A stretch of 64,000 nucleotides of DNA from Bdellovibrionota bacterium (GCA_965207455.1 CBDBMJ010000001.1:256001-320000), one strand, 5' to 3'. Positions 23,393-33,495 are shown, numbered from the stretch's first letter. Made by a program: numbers and translations. The notes: generated by a model from the sequence alone, not told the origin.

Positions 23393-24772
23393 ATGGAGAA
23401 AATAAAACAATACACAAAATTATGTTTGCTAGGATCAGTCCTTTTTTTGGGAGGTGGAACTGCTTTCGGAGAAGGTCTTTCAGTAGCTATTCCCGTGGTA
23501 TCTTCTAGTGGAGGTGCAGTGAATTGTTTGAGCAAGGATTGTGAGTGTGTGAAGAATTGTAAGGGGGCATATGCGCCGCCAGAATCAGAGCACTTTGTAG
23601 TGACGGTCAATCCTTCTTGCTTTGTAAGAAACTTAAGGAAAATTTCAAATCCTTTACAAGGAAATCTTGACTACATAGAGGTTAAATTTAATTTCTTGAC
23701 AGGGAATAGTTCAAGAAAATATGTCAGCTTAAAAGTTCCACCTAAGGCGATTCGTTCAGCGGCAGACGGCAGACAGTATACGAATAATTTGGAAGTGAAT
23801 GAAGGAAATTTTGCTATTGTTACATCAGGCTTGTCAGATGATACAAACTTGTTTGCATCGTATAAAAATCAGGTAGCTCGTTATTGGGTTGAGGGTACTA
23901 AGGTAAGTCGTGTATCGGGTATAAGCGTTAAACAAGTTTATAGGCAGGTGACACCTCAATACGTTGCCCCAAGTTATTTTCGGGGAAATAGGCTTTCCTA
24001 TATTCTATCCGCTGGGCTTGCCCATTCAAGACAGAATACTCCTGATCCTGAAGTTCGTGTAATAAAATCGGCTCTATCCTTTGATAGTTCTAAATCAAAA
24101 CAATATTTCAATTCAGGTAAAAATCAATTTAACATAGACTTGGTAATGCCAGGTTCAAGATCAGGTGGTGGACAGTTTGGTTGCCAAGGATATTATTCTC
24201 CTTTGATGTTATTTTTCACAGAGGCACGTCCTAAATTTCGTCAAATTAGTAAATTTCCTCTTTTTCGAGATCAATCTATTTATTGGCCTGAGGCTAAACA
24301 TGTGGGATATTTCTTAGTTCGGGATCAAGATAAAAATAATAAAATTACAAAAGGCTCCGAGCTTTTTAGGAATCATTTCAATGTTCGTAATGGTTTTGAG
24401 GATTTAAAGCGATTGGACTCTAATAAAGATAATAGAATTGATAAAAGGGATAAGATGTTTTCTCAGCTTAAGCTATGGAAGGATATTAATGGCAATGGAA
24501 TTGGTGAAAGCAATGAATTAATATCTTTGAGGGATAAGGGCATACAGTGGATATCGCTAAAATACAGAAGTCACTTGAAGAAATTTGGAGATAGAGCTCA
24601 GGCTCGGCAGGTGTCGACATTTACTTACATGGATATGGGTGGGTCCAAAAGGTCTCTAGCAAAAAATCCAACTCAGAAGAAAGATCAGTTGAAGAAGGCA
24701 AAGATTGTGGACATTTGGTTTTCTCCAGTGCCTCGAGCCTTGGCACAAGCATTAATTAACAAGCAGAAATAA
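23393..24772 (+). CDS. Secreted protein with C-terminal EF-hand-like Ca-binding domain
   Basis: Signal peptide; DQDKNNKI..GSELF, NGFEDL..LDSNKDNRID..D..FS.L.LWKD.NGNG...EL.SL...GI. Confidence 0.75.
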   Translation: MEKIKQYTKLCLLGSVLFLGGGTAFGEGLSVAIPVVSSSGGAVNCLSKDCECVKNCKGAYAPPESEHFVVTVNPSCFVRNLRKISNPLQGNLDYIEVKFNFLTGNSSRKYVSLKVPPKAIRSAADGRQYTNNLEVNEGNFAIVTSGLSDDTNLFASYKNQVARYWVEGTKVSRVSGISVKQVYRQVTPQYVAPSYFRGNRLSYILSAGLAHSRQNTPDPEVRVIKSALSFDSSKSKQYFNSGKNQFNIDLVMPGSRSGGGQFGCQGYYSPLMLFFTEARPKFRQISKFPLFRDQSIYWPEAKHVGYFLVRDQDKNNKITKGSELFRNHFNVRNGFEDLKRLDSNKDNRIDKRDKMFSQLKLWKDINGNGIGESNELISLRDKGIQWISLKYRSHLKKFGDRAQARQVSTFTYMDMGGSKRSLAKNPTQKKDQLKKAKIVDIWFSPVPRALAQALINKQK

Positions 24773-24831
24773 ATCAATGATATGTTGATTCTAACAGGTA
24801 GAATCAAGGAATTAAAATTTAATGACAATAG

Positions 24832-24868
24832 AATCACAAAAGGTCTTCTTGGTCTTTTGTGATTTTTT
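24832..24868 (+). terminator. Intrinsic terminator-like hairpin between the EF-hand gene and the RCC1 gene
   Basis: AATCACAAAAG / CTTTTGTGATT inverted repeat running into a T tract; a second hairpin TTGATTCTA/TAGAATCAA at 24785-24807. Confidence 0.6.
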
Positions 24869-24935
24869 CTAGCTTTTAGTCACGCTCTGATGATTTAGGT
24901 TGTCTAATTAGAGTAAAGGAAATAAAATTAGTGGA

Positions 24936-27900
24936 ATGAACAGGATGTTTTTTCGTATCAAGCTGTGGTTGACTGTTTTCAACGCTTCCAACTTTAGTGC
25001 GAACGTTGAAAAAAATAAAAAACCATTATTTGAGAATGAAAAAGGACTGATCTTAATATTAATGTCCATTTTGATTTCGGCTTCTGCCTTCCTCGGTGTT
25101 CTTGTTAGTCAGAATTTTTCTTTAGCAAAGGAGTCCCTTAGGACAGGAGATGAAGTTGCTCTCATGACAGCTATAGAGGGCTTGAGTGCTACGATTCTTA
25201 CTGGAATTAAGAGTCGTTGGTGTTTTACTAGAGATCTAGTTCCAGTTGATTGCAATGATGGAGGCAAGAATGTCCTCAACCATTGGTTTAGCGCTGAACG
25301 CTTTTTACTGAAGGATTCTGGTTGGGAGGCGATTAATGAGGCTCGAAAAAGTCAATGCGAGAGGCTGAGAGCTGGTGGTGTGCCACTGGATAGCTTCGTT
25401 TATCCACAAAACCCTAGCTGTAATGAAATTCTGCAAGATCCAAATAACCCAGCAAAGATTCCTTTTGACTCCATTGCCATTAAAGATAGAGAAATGGAAC
25501 TTTCAGAGGAAATGATTAGAGGTTCTGACTTGCTGAGCGATTCTCTTGGAGGCTTCCTCGATTCTAGGGGTACTCGCCTGAGATTAAAGCCGCCAATGGT
25601 GGTCAGAGTGGCGAGAGATGAGAACTACCCTGAACTCGGTGATGAGGTTTATATCTCAGTGGAGATAACGGTAACTTTTGAATTAGACAAAAGATCAAAG
25701 AAACTCGAATTTAAGCAGGTAGTAGCCTTTTATCCAAGGCAGCTTACTTCCTTTGGGCTTATTTTGGCTAGAGATTTGTATCTTGGTGGGGAGGAAGTTA
25801 CATCATCTGCTATAGGAGGCTGCACTCTACCTGGAATTAATGAGAAATTCCCGTACCTCAGTAATCCGGTAGAAATCGGCAGTATTCCATTTTCTCAATA
25901 TAATAAGTATAAGGGTTTGAAATTTTTAAGCCCCGTATTTATAAACGGAAATTTATATGTGAGTGATAAGAAAGATAAAGTGGTGCCAGTGGCATTTCAA
26001 AGCTCTGTTGTACTGGGTGGAGGAAGAATAGTTGGTCATACTCCATCTCTCACCAATGAATCACAAACTAAGATATCTTCCTTAAAACCAGGCATTTTAA
26101 ATGGTGTGGTACAAGAGGCATCTGATAAGGGTCTAGAGACTTTTGCTAGACAGAGGGTATGCGTGAACCTTAGTAGCAACCAGCAAGCCTGTATAAATGA
26201 AGTTGAAGTGGATCCTCGATATGGGGCTAAAGCAGTAGATGCTCCTCTCGGAGGAGTAATTTCTATGGCTACTGGATTTGGAGTAAATTGTGCACATTTA
26301 GAGGACGGAAGTCTAAAGTGTTGGGGTAATGGTGATCCTAGTTCTCCCAATTTAATGAGTAATATTAGCTTCAGGAATGTGCGTAAAATTGTATTGGGGG
26401 AAAGACATGCTTGTGTGCTTTTCAATGATGATACTACTACTGCCGCTAATGAGGCAGGTAGTGTAAAATGTTGGGGAGATAACACATCTTATCAATTAGG
26501 TCGCGGTGGTGGTGGTGTGAGTGCTCAGTACTCAGTTGAGCCGAATGGTTTAGGTGTTGTAAGCGAGATTGTAGCGGGAAAATATCATACTTGTGCTATA
26601 AAAAATTCTGGCAGTGTAGAATGCTGGGGGCATGGCCGTTATGGTGAATTGGGTGATAGCCGTGCAAGTTCAAGTGAGCCAGTTGTAGTTTCTGGTTTAA
26701 CTAGTGTCCGTCAAATTGCTTTAGGATGGGGGCATACTTGTGCAGTTTCAAATTATGGTAATGTAACATGTTGGGGGTTAAACTATTCTGATCAGTTGGG
26801 CGCTACGACTACGGAGACATGTGATGATGCCACTCCTTGTAGTAAAACACCAGTTGCAGTTTCTGGTTTAACTAATGTTCGTCAAATTGCCTTGGGGGCA
26901 GAGCACACCTGTGCGCTTTTAAGCAATAAGAATGTAACATGTTGGGGGAATAATCAATATGGGCAGTTGGGTGATGGTAGTACAACCAATAGAAGGATAC
27001 CAGTTGTAGTTTCTGGTTTAAGCAATGTAGAGCAAATTGCCTTGGGAGCGTTGCACTCCTGTGCACTTTTAAGTAATAAGAGTGTGCAATGCTGGGGAAA
27101 TGCAGGTAGGCGCCAACTGGGTAATGGTGGCACGACCAATAGAACAAGGCCGGTTGCAGTTTCTAGCTTAAGTGATGTAAGTAAAATTTACTTGAGGGAA
27201 TTTCATAGTTGTGCGCTTTTAAGTGATAAGACTCAAAAATGTTGGGGAAGTAATGGATCTCAGCAATTAAGCGCTATAGATTCTCCAGAGTGTTCAAATG
27301 ATGGGACTTCATTTAAATGTATTCCAACGCCAGTTAATTTTTACGATGGTTCCACTTATGACATTTATCCCAATGCCACATTTGCAGCAGGAAAAAAACA
27401 TTCTTGCCTTGTTTTTGAACAAGAGGTTTTGTGTGGAGGAGATGCTCAATATGAAGGAAGAAGCTCTATATTGGGCCGGGGTAGTTCTCAGAATATAGGA
27501 CAAAGTGCAAAGAGGGAGTATACAGCAGCTGGAGGATTGAATAATCCTATTTCCACAGCTAGGGGTGTGGATACATATGGAGAGCATAGTTGTGCTTTGA
27601 TTTATGAATCTGATGATAAGCCTTATGAAGTTAAATGTTGGGGAAGGGGTGATTCAGGGCAGTTGGGTAATGGTGGTAACTCAGAATCGGAGATTCCTGT
27701 ATTTGTAGACAACACAAGTGGAGGTAGGCTATCTGTTTATCAAATAGCTATAGGAGGAGAGCATACCTGTGCAATTGTTCCAAATACAGGTCAGGGTTCG
27801 GTGATGTGTTGGGGAAAGAATGATCGGGGTCAGTTAGGCGATGGTACGACAACTAGCCGTCCATTAGCAGTATTTGTACCAATATATAATGTGACAGAAA

Positions 27901-29306
27901 TCAAAGCAGGAGGAAAGCATACCTGTGCATTGACCTATACTGGAAGGGTATGGTGTTGGGGGAGTAATCAATATGGTCAACTGAGTGCTCGAGTTTTAGG
28001 CACAAATGATTTTTATGTACGGCCTATAAATGTTCAAGGACTTTCTGGAATTAAGGCAATTGCACTAGGGGATGAACACACCTGTGCGCTTTTAAGTAAT
28101 AAGACTGTAAAATGTTGGGGGAGGAATAATAAAAATCAACTGGGCAATGGACGTTCCTATGGTAATTTTCCCACTCCTTTTCCAGTGAAAAAGACAGGTG
28201 GAGGTTCTCTTACGGGCATAAGCATTTCACCTGGGCGCACTTCTCTTGTGGCAGGAAGTGCCCATACCTGCGCCTTAACAGAAGTAATAGGGGCAGCTCT
28301 ATCCTCTGTATATTGCTGGGGTGCTAACGATAGAAAGCAGGTTGGGCAAGCGAGTGGAGTTAATTTTCCAACAGCTAAACTACTACCAACGGTTTCTGGT
28401 ACTGATCTTGAAATAGCTGGAGGTCTTTATCATAATTGCTTTCGAGATGGCTCTAAGGTGAAATGTTGGGGAGATAATACATATAAACAGTTTAGTGCCA
28501 GCACTACTGAACCTAATGCTAATAGCAGTGCCAATCCTTTAGGTCTTTCTCAGTGTGATGAGTCTGGTGAGATAGGTAACGATGGTGCTGTAACCTATGA
28601 ATCTGTGGGCTGGGGAGTTGACTTTTCTTCTCAGGTCTTTGATATATGGGACTATGTGGAAGAAACTGTGACTCTAGAAGAGGCACGTGTTTTGGTGGAA
28701 GGGAGAGTAAATAGCGTTGATGATGATGGAAAGGTGGTTTGCAATAACTGTAATGCTACAGCTTATTTTCTCAACGAAGCTGGACGTGCATATGATTTAG
28801 GATCAAAATCAATTGCATCAGAATGTGTGGTTTCTAGTAGCACTAATTTTGTGGCTGGGCTTTTTATGTGTTATAGATTTATTATTGCAGCTCGAAATAC
28901 CCCCCTTTCCATTTCAGGAACAGTCATCACCAATGATTTATCGATAGATGAAAGCGCATTGAAAGCAGGGATTACATGGTCTAATATTTGGCACCCATTG
29001 GCGGTGTATAACTTAAGGAAAACAAAAATATTGAAGAGAGTAGCGGATCTGGGAAATGGAGAAGAATGTGGTTCTAGAGAAAGCTCCGGCTTTGTGTTGA
29101 ATGATGTGCCTGGCAGTGCAAGTGTTGAGAATTATAAATCTTGTAGCTCTTCATCTTTATTAAACGAGGGGGAAAAAGGTGTTAATTTTAAATGGACAGA
29201 AGTAGATCCGGACTGTGGTCAACCCCTTGCTAACGGAGCGGAAAATAAGTGTAAATCTCATAAAAAGAGATATGGGATGAGGCGTATTTTCTCCGTGTTT
29301 AAATAA
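24936..29306 (+). CDS. Large PilX/GspK-like minor pilin with a central array of 14 RCC1 repeats
   Basis: NEKG|LILILMSILI prepilin-like N-terminus lacking E5; repeated IALG..HTCA......V.CWG.N..GQLG. Confidence 0.8.
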   Translation: MNRMFFRIKLWLTVFNASNFSANVEKNKKPLFENEKGLILILMSILISASAFLGVLVSQNFSLAKESLRTGDEVALMTAIEGLSATILTGIKSRWCFTRDLVPVDCNDGGKNVLNHWFSAERFLLKDSGWEAINEARKSQCERLRAGGVPLDSFVYPQNPSCNEILQDPNNPAKIPFDSIAIKDREMELSEEMIRGSDLLSDSLGGFLDSRGTRLRLKPPMVVRVARDENYPELGDEVYISVEITVTFELDKRSKKLEFKQVVAFYPRQLTSFGLILARDLYLGGEEVTSSAIGGCTLPGINEKFPYLSNPVEIGSIPFSQYNKYKGLKFLSPVFINGNLYVSDKKDKVVPVAFQSSVVLGGGRIVGHTPSLTNESQTKISSLKPGILNGVVQEASDKGLETFARQRVCVNLSSNQQACINEVEVDPRYGAKAVDAPLGGVISMATGFGVNCAHLEDGSLKCWGNGDPSSPNLMSNISFRNVRKIVLGERHACVLFNDDTTTAANEAGSVKCWGDNTSYQLGRGGGGVSAQYSVEPNGLGVVSEIVAGKYHTCAIKNSGSVECWGHGRYGELGDSRASSSEPVVVSGLTSVRQIALGWGHTCAVSNYGNVTCWGLNYSDQLGATTTETCDDATPCSKTPVAVSGLTNVRQIALGAEHTCALLSNKNVTCWGNNQYGQLGDGSTTNRRIPVVVSGLSNVEQIALGALHSCALLSNKSVQCWGNAGRRQLGNGGTTNRTRPVAVSSLSDVSKIYLREFHSCALLSDKTQKCWGSNGSQQLSAIDSPECSNDGTSFKCIPTPVNFYDGSTYDIYPNATFAAGKKHSCLVFEQEVLCGGDAQYEGRSSILGRGSSQNIGQSAKREYTAAGGLNNPISTARGVDTYGEHSCALIYESDDKPYEVKCWGRGDSGQLGNGGNSESEIPVFVDNTSGGRLSVYQIAIGGEHTCAIVPNTGQGSVMCWGKNDRGQLGDGTTTSRPLAVFVPIYNVTEIKAGGKHTCALTYTGRVWCWGSNQYGQLSARVLGTNDFYVRPINVQGLSGIKAIALGDEHTCALLSNKTVKCWGRNNKNQLGNGRSYGNFPTPFPVKKTGGGSLTGISISPGRTSLVAGSAHTCALTEVIGAALSSVYCWGANDRKQVGQASGVNFPTAKLLPTVSGTDLEIAGGLYHNCFRDGSKVKCWGDNTYKQFSASTTEPNANSSANPLGLSQCDESGEIGNDGAVTYESVGWGVDFSSQVFDIWDYVEETVTLEEARVLVEGRVNSVDDDGKVVCNNCNATAYFLNEAGRAYDLGSKSIASECVVSSSTNFVAGLFMCYRFIIAARNTPLSISGTVITNDLSIDESALKAGITWSNIWHPLAVYNLRKTKILKRVADLGNGEECGSRESSGFVLNDVPGSASVENYKSCSSSSLLNEGEKGVNFKWTEVDPDCGQPLANGAENKCKSHKKRYGMRRIFSVFK
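26253..28495 (+). repeat. RCC1 repeat array (14 units)
   Basis: 13 CWG plus 1 CGG unit counted; DNA-level similarity among central units (CCAGTTG[T/C]AGTTTCTGGTTTAA...CAAATTGC at ~26679, 26850, 27000). Confidence 0.85.
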
Positions 29307-29331
29307 CCAATGTTAAGAGAGTAGCGTTCAG

Positions 29332-29919
29332 ATGAGAAAGTATAATATTTTGAAGATTGTTAAAAAAAATGATGGCTTTACTTTAATTGAGGTCATGATA
29401 GCTTTTGTTATTCTAATAGCTTCGTTCTTTATTATTGAAAATGCTTTTCTACAACAGAAAAAATTTGTATTTCAGGTGGAAGGTTCTATTAATCGAAGTC
29501 TTGCATTTTCTGAAATTTTTCAAGGATTACAGGCAAATCTTTTAAGATATAATAAACATGATTATGATAGTGAATCCTTAATTAAGTGTCTCCAGCCGGA
29601 TGGGGGGTTGAGAAAAGAACTTACTAAAGATATGAGAAAGTATTTTTATGAGATCTCTCGTAATGGCACAAGCGATAATTTTAGCGATTTATATAATTGC
29701 TTTCAGATGGCCCTTTCTATTAAAGGGCTTACTTCTGTGATGAAATGTTCAGATTGCTCCGAGAGAGTGGGGATGATGATTGATCCGTATTATGTTGGTG
29801 GAAAACTTATTGAGGGAGTGTATAATGTACGTATTCTGTCCATAAAAAAAATTAAAGGTGCAACTGGAGTAGGGACATATAAAGTAGGGAATTATTATAA
29901 GATGATTCTAGGGGGTTAA
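29332..29919 (+). CDS. Prepilin-type N-terminal cleavage/methylation protein (PilV-like minor pilin)
   Basis: DG|FTLIEVMIAFVILI class III signal peptide. Confidence 0.85.
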   Translation: MRKYNILKIVKKNDGFTLIEVMIAFVILIASFFIIENAFLQQKKFVFQVEGSINRSLAFSEIFQGLQANLLRYNKHDYDSESLIKCLQPDGGLRKELTKDMRKYFYEISRNGTSDNFSDLYNCFQMALSIKGLTSVMKCSDCSERVGMMIDPYYVGGKLIEGVYNVRILSIKKIKGATGVGTYKVGNYYKMILGG

Positions 29920-29922
29920 ATT

Positions 29923-30990
29923 TTGACTAGTCAGAATACAAAACAAGCAGGCTTTACAATGGTAGAAATGATGGTGACAGCAGGATTGTTGGCATTATTC
30001 GTATTTTTTTCCTATGACATAATAACAAAAATGAATCAGAAAAGTATTAATCTGTCTTCTGAGCAGAAAAATTTGCTAGACACTGCCATCGCTTATAGAG
30101 TGCTGAATAAAGAATTAAAAAAAACCTATGTATCATTCTCTAATATGTTAAGTCTTACAGATGAATTTAGGATTAGGAGGCGAGGTGCTAAATATTTTTT
30201 TGAATATTCTCAATCTGGAATGGAAAATGTGCTCCTTACTATCACTTTAAGTAAGATTAAAAGAGCAGTTGTTTTTTTAAAGACTGGTCTTTTAGGTGAG
30301 GGAGTGCGTGGCGCAAGCATTGCTCCCTTTGAGCTTTTAGGAGTTAATTTTTTAAGAGAACGGTTGACGAGTGGTGGTTGCGATCCTAATGATATTAATA
30401 CCAACTATAATTCTAACTGTGAATCGAAGGAGTACTCTCTAGAAAGATTTAAAGAAGCGGTTGAAGCAGCGGGGTGGTTGCAGGAAGAACAGCTTTTTTT
30501 GCTTTATTCGCCCATATGGCTAACCGTAACAGACAGGAATTTGAAGAAAAAAATAAAAACTCCTGCTGTTCTTTTGCAATACACTGGAGGCAAGTTTAAA
30601 AAATATGGTACCCCTGAAATTTCATTTGATTTTAGCATTCCTGATATTTTAAGAAGAAGCTCTAACGATTTTTATTATGGTGGTACATCGTTCAATCCTC
30701 CAAACCTTTGGGAGACTTTTGCGAGGCAGGCTGCAGTTATCGGTGGAGTAAGAAATCTTGTGTACTTGCTGCCTGTGAAAAAATTAACATTTATTTTGGA
30801 TAATAATGGAAGCCAAAATAAATCAGCCTTTACCCTTTTTAAGTGTGATGATCATAGATATAAATGTAATGCTAGTGATCCAAGTAGAGTCTTTGTAGCA
30901 AGCAATTTAGAAAAAATTGTATTTAGAAGGGAAAGCCTAAGCGATGCATCCATTAGCGTGGATTTAGTGAATGTCAAAGCAGAGTTCTAG
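29923..30990 (+). CDS. Prepilin-type N-terminal cleavage/methylation protein (PilW-like minor pilin)
   Basis: AG|FTMVEMMVTAGLL class III signal peptide; TTG start. Confidence 0.85.
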   Translation: MTSQNTKQAGFTMVEMMVTAGLLALFVFFSYDIITKMNQKSINLSSEQKNLLDTAIAYRVLNKELKKTYVSFSNMLSLTDEFRIRRRGAKYFFEYSQSGMENVLLTITLSKIKRAVVFLKTGLLGEGVRGASIAPFELLGVNFLRERLTSGGCDPNDINTNYNSNCESKEYSLERFKEAVEAAGWLQEEQLFLLYSPIWLTVTDRNLKKKIKTPAVLLQYTGGKFKKYGTPEISFDFSIPDILRRSSNDFYYGGTSFNPPNLWETFARQAAVIGGVRNLVYLLPVKKLTFILDNNGSQNKSAFTLFKCDDHRYKCNASDPSRVFVASNLEKIVFRRESLSDASISVDLVNVKAEF

Positions 30991-31225
30991 CGTAGCCCTT
31001 GAATCCATTGGGAGGTAAAGGAGGCTAGGTGGTGGGGGTTGGCTTGGATGCTCTCTATATGTCCCATGTTTCGTAGTACATGCATATGGATTTTTCCCGT
31101 TTTCATTTTTTTGTCGGCACGTAGAAGGGCAGTTATTTGTCCTGTGTTCATTCCTTTTAAATAGTGGGGTGGTGGCATCCCCAGTGTCTCCAGTGATTGT
31201 TGTATCTGTTGAGTAAAGGGATTGT
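30925..31225 (+). repeat. 301-bp direct repeat, left copy (target duplication of the IS)
   Basis: Identical by eye to 33195-33495 (AGAAGGGAAAGCC...GGGATTGT); abuts the IS inverted repeat. Confidence 0.95.
30987..31225 (-). pseudogene. Duplicated 3' fragment of aroB inside the left repeat
   Basis: Encodes the same C-terminus as 33257-33495 (...MPPPHYLKG...WIQGLR). Confidence 0.9.
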
Positions 31226-33194
31226 CCCGACTTCCGCATTTTGAATCGCGTCATTCAATAATAACGGCTACTTACAAGGGACAGGATCACTACATTCTTG
31301 ACTGTTTTACTCTATTCTTTTTATCGTTTGATCGATTTTTATATCCAGAGCCTTATAGATTTGGTGTTGAATCGGATCTAGCCTAGAAGGCATTAAAAAT
31401 CTTTTTCCTGTCACTTTATCCTTAACAACGCTTACCTGCACTCGACTAAGCTCTTCCCTGATTCTTTCCAGACTAAGCTTTAGATTAGCTTGCTTTAGTC
31501 TATAGCGAGCAAAGGAGGCCACACTGTAAGCAATAAAACAGATGAGTATATGGGCCTTTATCCTTTTCGGGGTCCAGTGGTATACCGGACGCATTTTTAA
31601 ATCGTGCTTGTTGATTCGGAAGGCAGCTTCTATTTGCCATAGTCCTCTATATTTTTCAAGAATCTGTTCTGCACTTATCCCTGATGACTCCTGATTGCTT
31701 ATCACTCCATGAATGCCATCCCATCTTTCATCTTCCTTGATTTTGGCTTCATTTAATTCTGCTGTCGCGGAGTTCTTTCTGTCTATTTTTAAATATTTTT
31801 TGCTGCCACGGTTATGAATTAAATCTTTCAACAACACTTTACCGTTTTTCATTTTTTTCTGGATTCTATCCACAAGACGTTGTCTATCTTTTTTGTCTTT
31901 ATCTGCACGCTTTTGGCTATAGCTTACGATAAGCCTATTTCCTCCATATTCATACTCACCAGTCCAAGTAAAATATTTGGCTTTATTGCCTTTTTTAACA
32001 ACAATATCCTTCTTAATATCGTTTTCCCGGATAATATCAGCAACATCTGTCAGAATAGGCTCTCTATATTCTTTCTTCATGCCCTTCAGCTTGGCTGCGA
32101 TAATGAACTTGGCTTTTTTCTTTTCTAAATTCTCTAGGTTAGCACTGGTAAACATAGCTCTATCTGCCACAATAAATGTATTGGATATTTCGTACTGTTC
32201 TTCTGTTTCTTCAATTACCTTCATGAGTGTATGCCCTTCGTATGTATTCCCAGGGAATAGCTTGTAACCAACAGGAAGACCCTCTGTTGTAGTCATCAGA
32301 GCTAAAACTACTTGTGTCTCCTTCACTTTATTGTCCTTACTAAAGCCAGACACTCTAAGCTCATCTGGTTGGAAGCTCTCAAAATATAATGTGGTTACAT
32401 CAAAAAAAAGCAGATCAATGTCTGTCTTGAGCAATTTCTTTGTAGAATCACAAATTTTCTCTCTAATTCTTTCCTCATTCTTATAGACTTTATCCATCAT
32501 TCGATAGACCTTATCCAGATCCATAGGAATATTTTTATCTCTCTCTATTAACTCCACGCTCTTTCTTTTACTGGATGGTGCATTTATACGAGATAAAACA
32601 ATCTCCTTGAGTATACGATTGCTATCGTTCTTTTTGTAGCCAGTCTCTATGGGGTCAAGTAAAAATAAATTATCGTAAATAGACCCAAATATATCTTTCA
32701 CCCCAATGTGTAGTCGCTGCTCCTCACGCAAACCAGATATTGATACCGCATCTTTACTTCCATTATTATCCTTATTGCTTTCTTCTTTTTTTACTCGTTT
32801 TTTGGGAGCATGGGTATACTCAAAGCCAGGAAAGGTTGGATTTATTCTGTTTTTCTTCTCGATGATTATCTTTTCTGCCAACTCTTTTTGAAAATCTATC
32901 TCTTTGGTGTCATCCTTGTCAAACTGACCCATATGAAGAATGACTTTTTGCTTAACTTTATCTCCAAATCTATTATTTTCGACAATCTGGATTGAAACAC
33001 GATTATTATTTCTTTTCACTAAACGAACAAACATGCACATAGAATCTATCAAAAATAGACGACAGTCAACAAGAAATAAAGGGGAGGATGTCACTACATT
33101 TTAACTTCAAAATAGAAAAACTGTAAGTGATCGAAATAAAAAGATTTTTTTTTAAAAGAGTATAAAAATTTTAACTCAATTTGCGGAAGTCGGG
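31226..33194 (-). mobile_element. IS1634-family insertion sequence, 1969 bp
   Basis: Terminal IRs CCCGACTTCCGCAttttgaat and (reverse complement) CCCGACTTCCGCAaattgagt, 13 bp perfect; single transposase; long flanking direct repeats. Confidence 0.93.
31307..33034 (-). CDS. IS1634-family DDE transposase (start trimmed to MFVRLVK)
   Basis: FFDVTTLYFES, GFSKD.K, FPGNTYEG.T, VADRAM, Y..LWQIE.AFR..K.DL.MRPVYHW. Confidence 0.93.
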   Translation of the reverse strand: MFVRLVKRNNNRVSIQIVENNRFGDKVKQKVILHMGQFDKDDTKEIDFQKELAEKIIIEKKNRINPTFPGFEYTHAPKKRVKKEESNKDNNGSKDAVSISGLREEQRLHIGVKDIFGSIYDNLFLLDPIETGYKKNDSNRILKEIVLSRINAPSSKRKSVELIERDKNIPMDLDKVYRMMDKVYKNEERIREKICDSTKKLLKTDIDLLFFDVTTLYFESFQPDELRVSGFSKDNKVKETQVVLALMTTTEGLPVGYKLFPGNTYEGHTLMKVIEETEEQYEISNTFIVADRAMFTSANLENLEKKKAKFIIAAKLKGMKKEYREPILTDVADIIRENDIKKDIVVKKGNKAKYFTWTGEYEYGGNRLIVSYSQKRADKDKKDRQRLVDRIQKKMKNGKVLLKDLIHNRGSKKYLKIDRKNSATAELNEAKIKEDERWDGIHGVISNQESSGISAEQILEKYRGLWQIEAAFRINKHDLKMRPVYHWTPKRIKAHILICFIAYSVASFARYRLKQANLKLSLERIREELSRVQVSVVKDKVTGKRFLMPSRLDPIQHQIYKALDIKIDQTIKRIE

Positions 33195-33495
33195 AGAAGG
33201 GAAAGCCTAAGCGATGCATCCATTAGCGTGGATTTAGTGAATGTCAAAGCAGAGTTCTAGCGTAGCCCTTGAATCCATTGGGAGGTAAAGGAGGCTAGGT
33301 GGTGGGGGTTGGCTTGGATGCTCTCTATATGTCCCATGTTTCGTAGTACATGCATATGGATTTTTCCCGTTTTCATTTTTTTGTCGGCACGTAGAAGGGC
33401 AGTTATTTGTCCTGTGTTCATTCCTTTTAAATAGTGGGGTGGTGGCATCCCCAGTGTCTCCAGTGATTGTTGTATCTGTTGAGTAAAGGGATTGT
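33195..33495 (+). repeat. 301-bp direct repeat, right copy
   Basis: Identical to 30925-31225; holds a 66-bp pilin 3' fragment (33195-33260) and the functional aroB 3' end. Confidence 0.95.

Noticed and set aside
26670..27250. Regularly spaced DNA repeats, considered as a CRISPR array or DGR template/variable pair
   Set aside because: In-frame RCC1 coding repeats; differences are not adenine-specific, and no cas or reverse transcriptase gene is present.
30964..31254. 96-aa ORFs at 30964-31254 and 33234-33524 that look like a duplicated gene
   Set aside because: Alternative-frame readings of the aroB 3' end, duplicated only because they lie in the 301-bp repeat.
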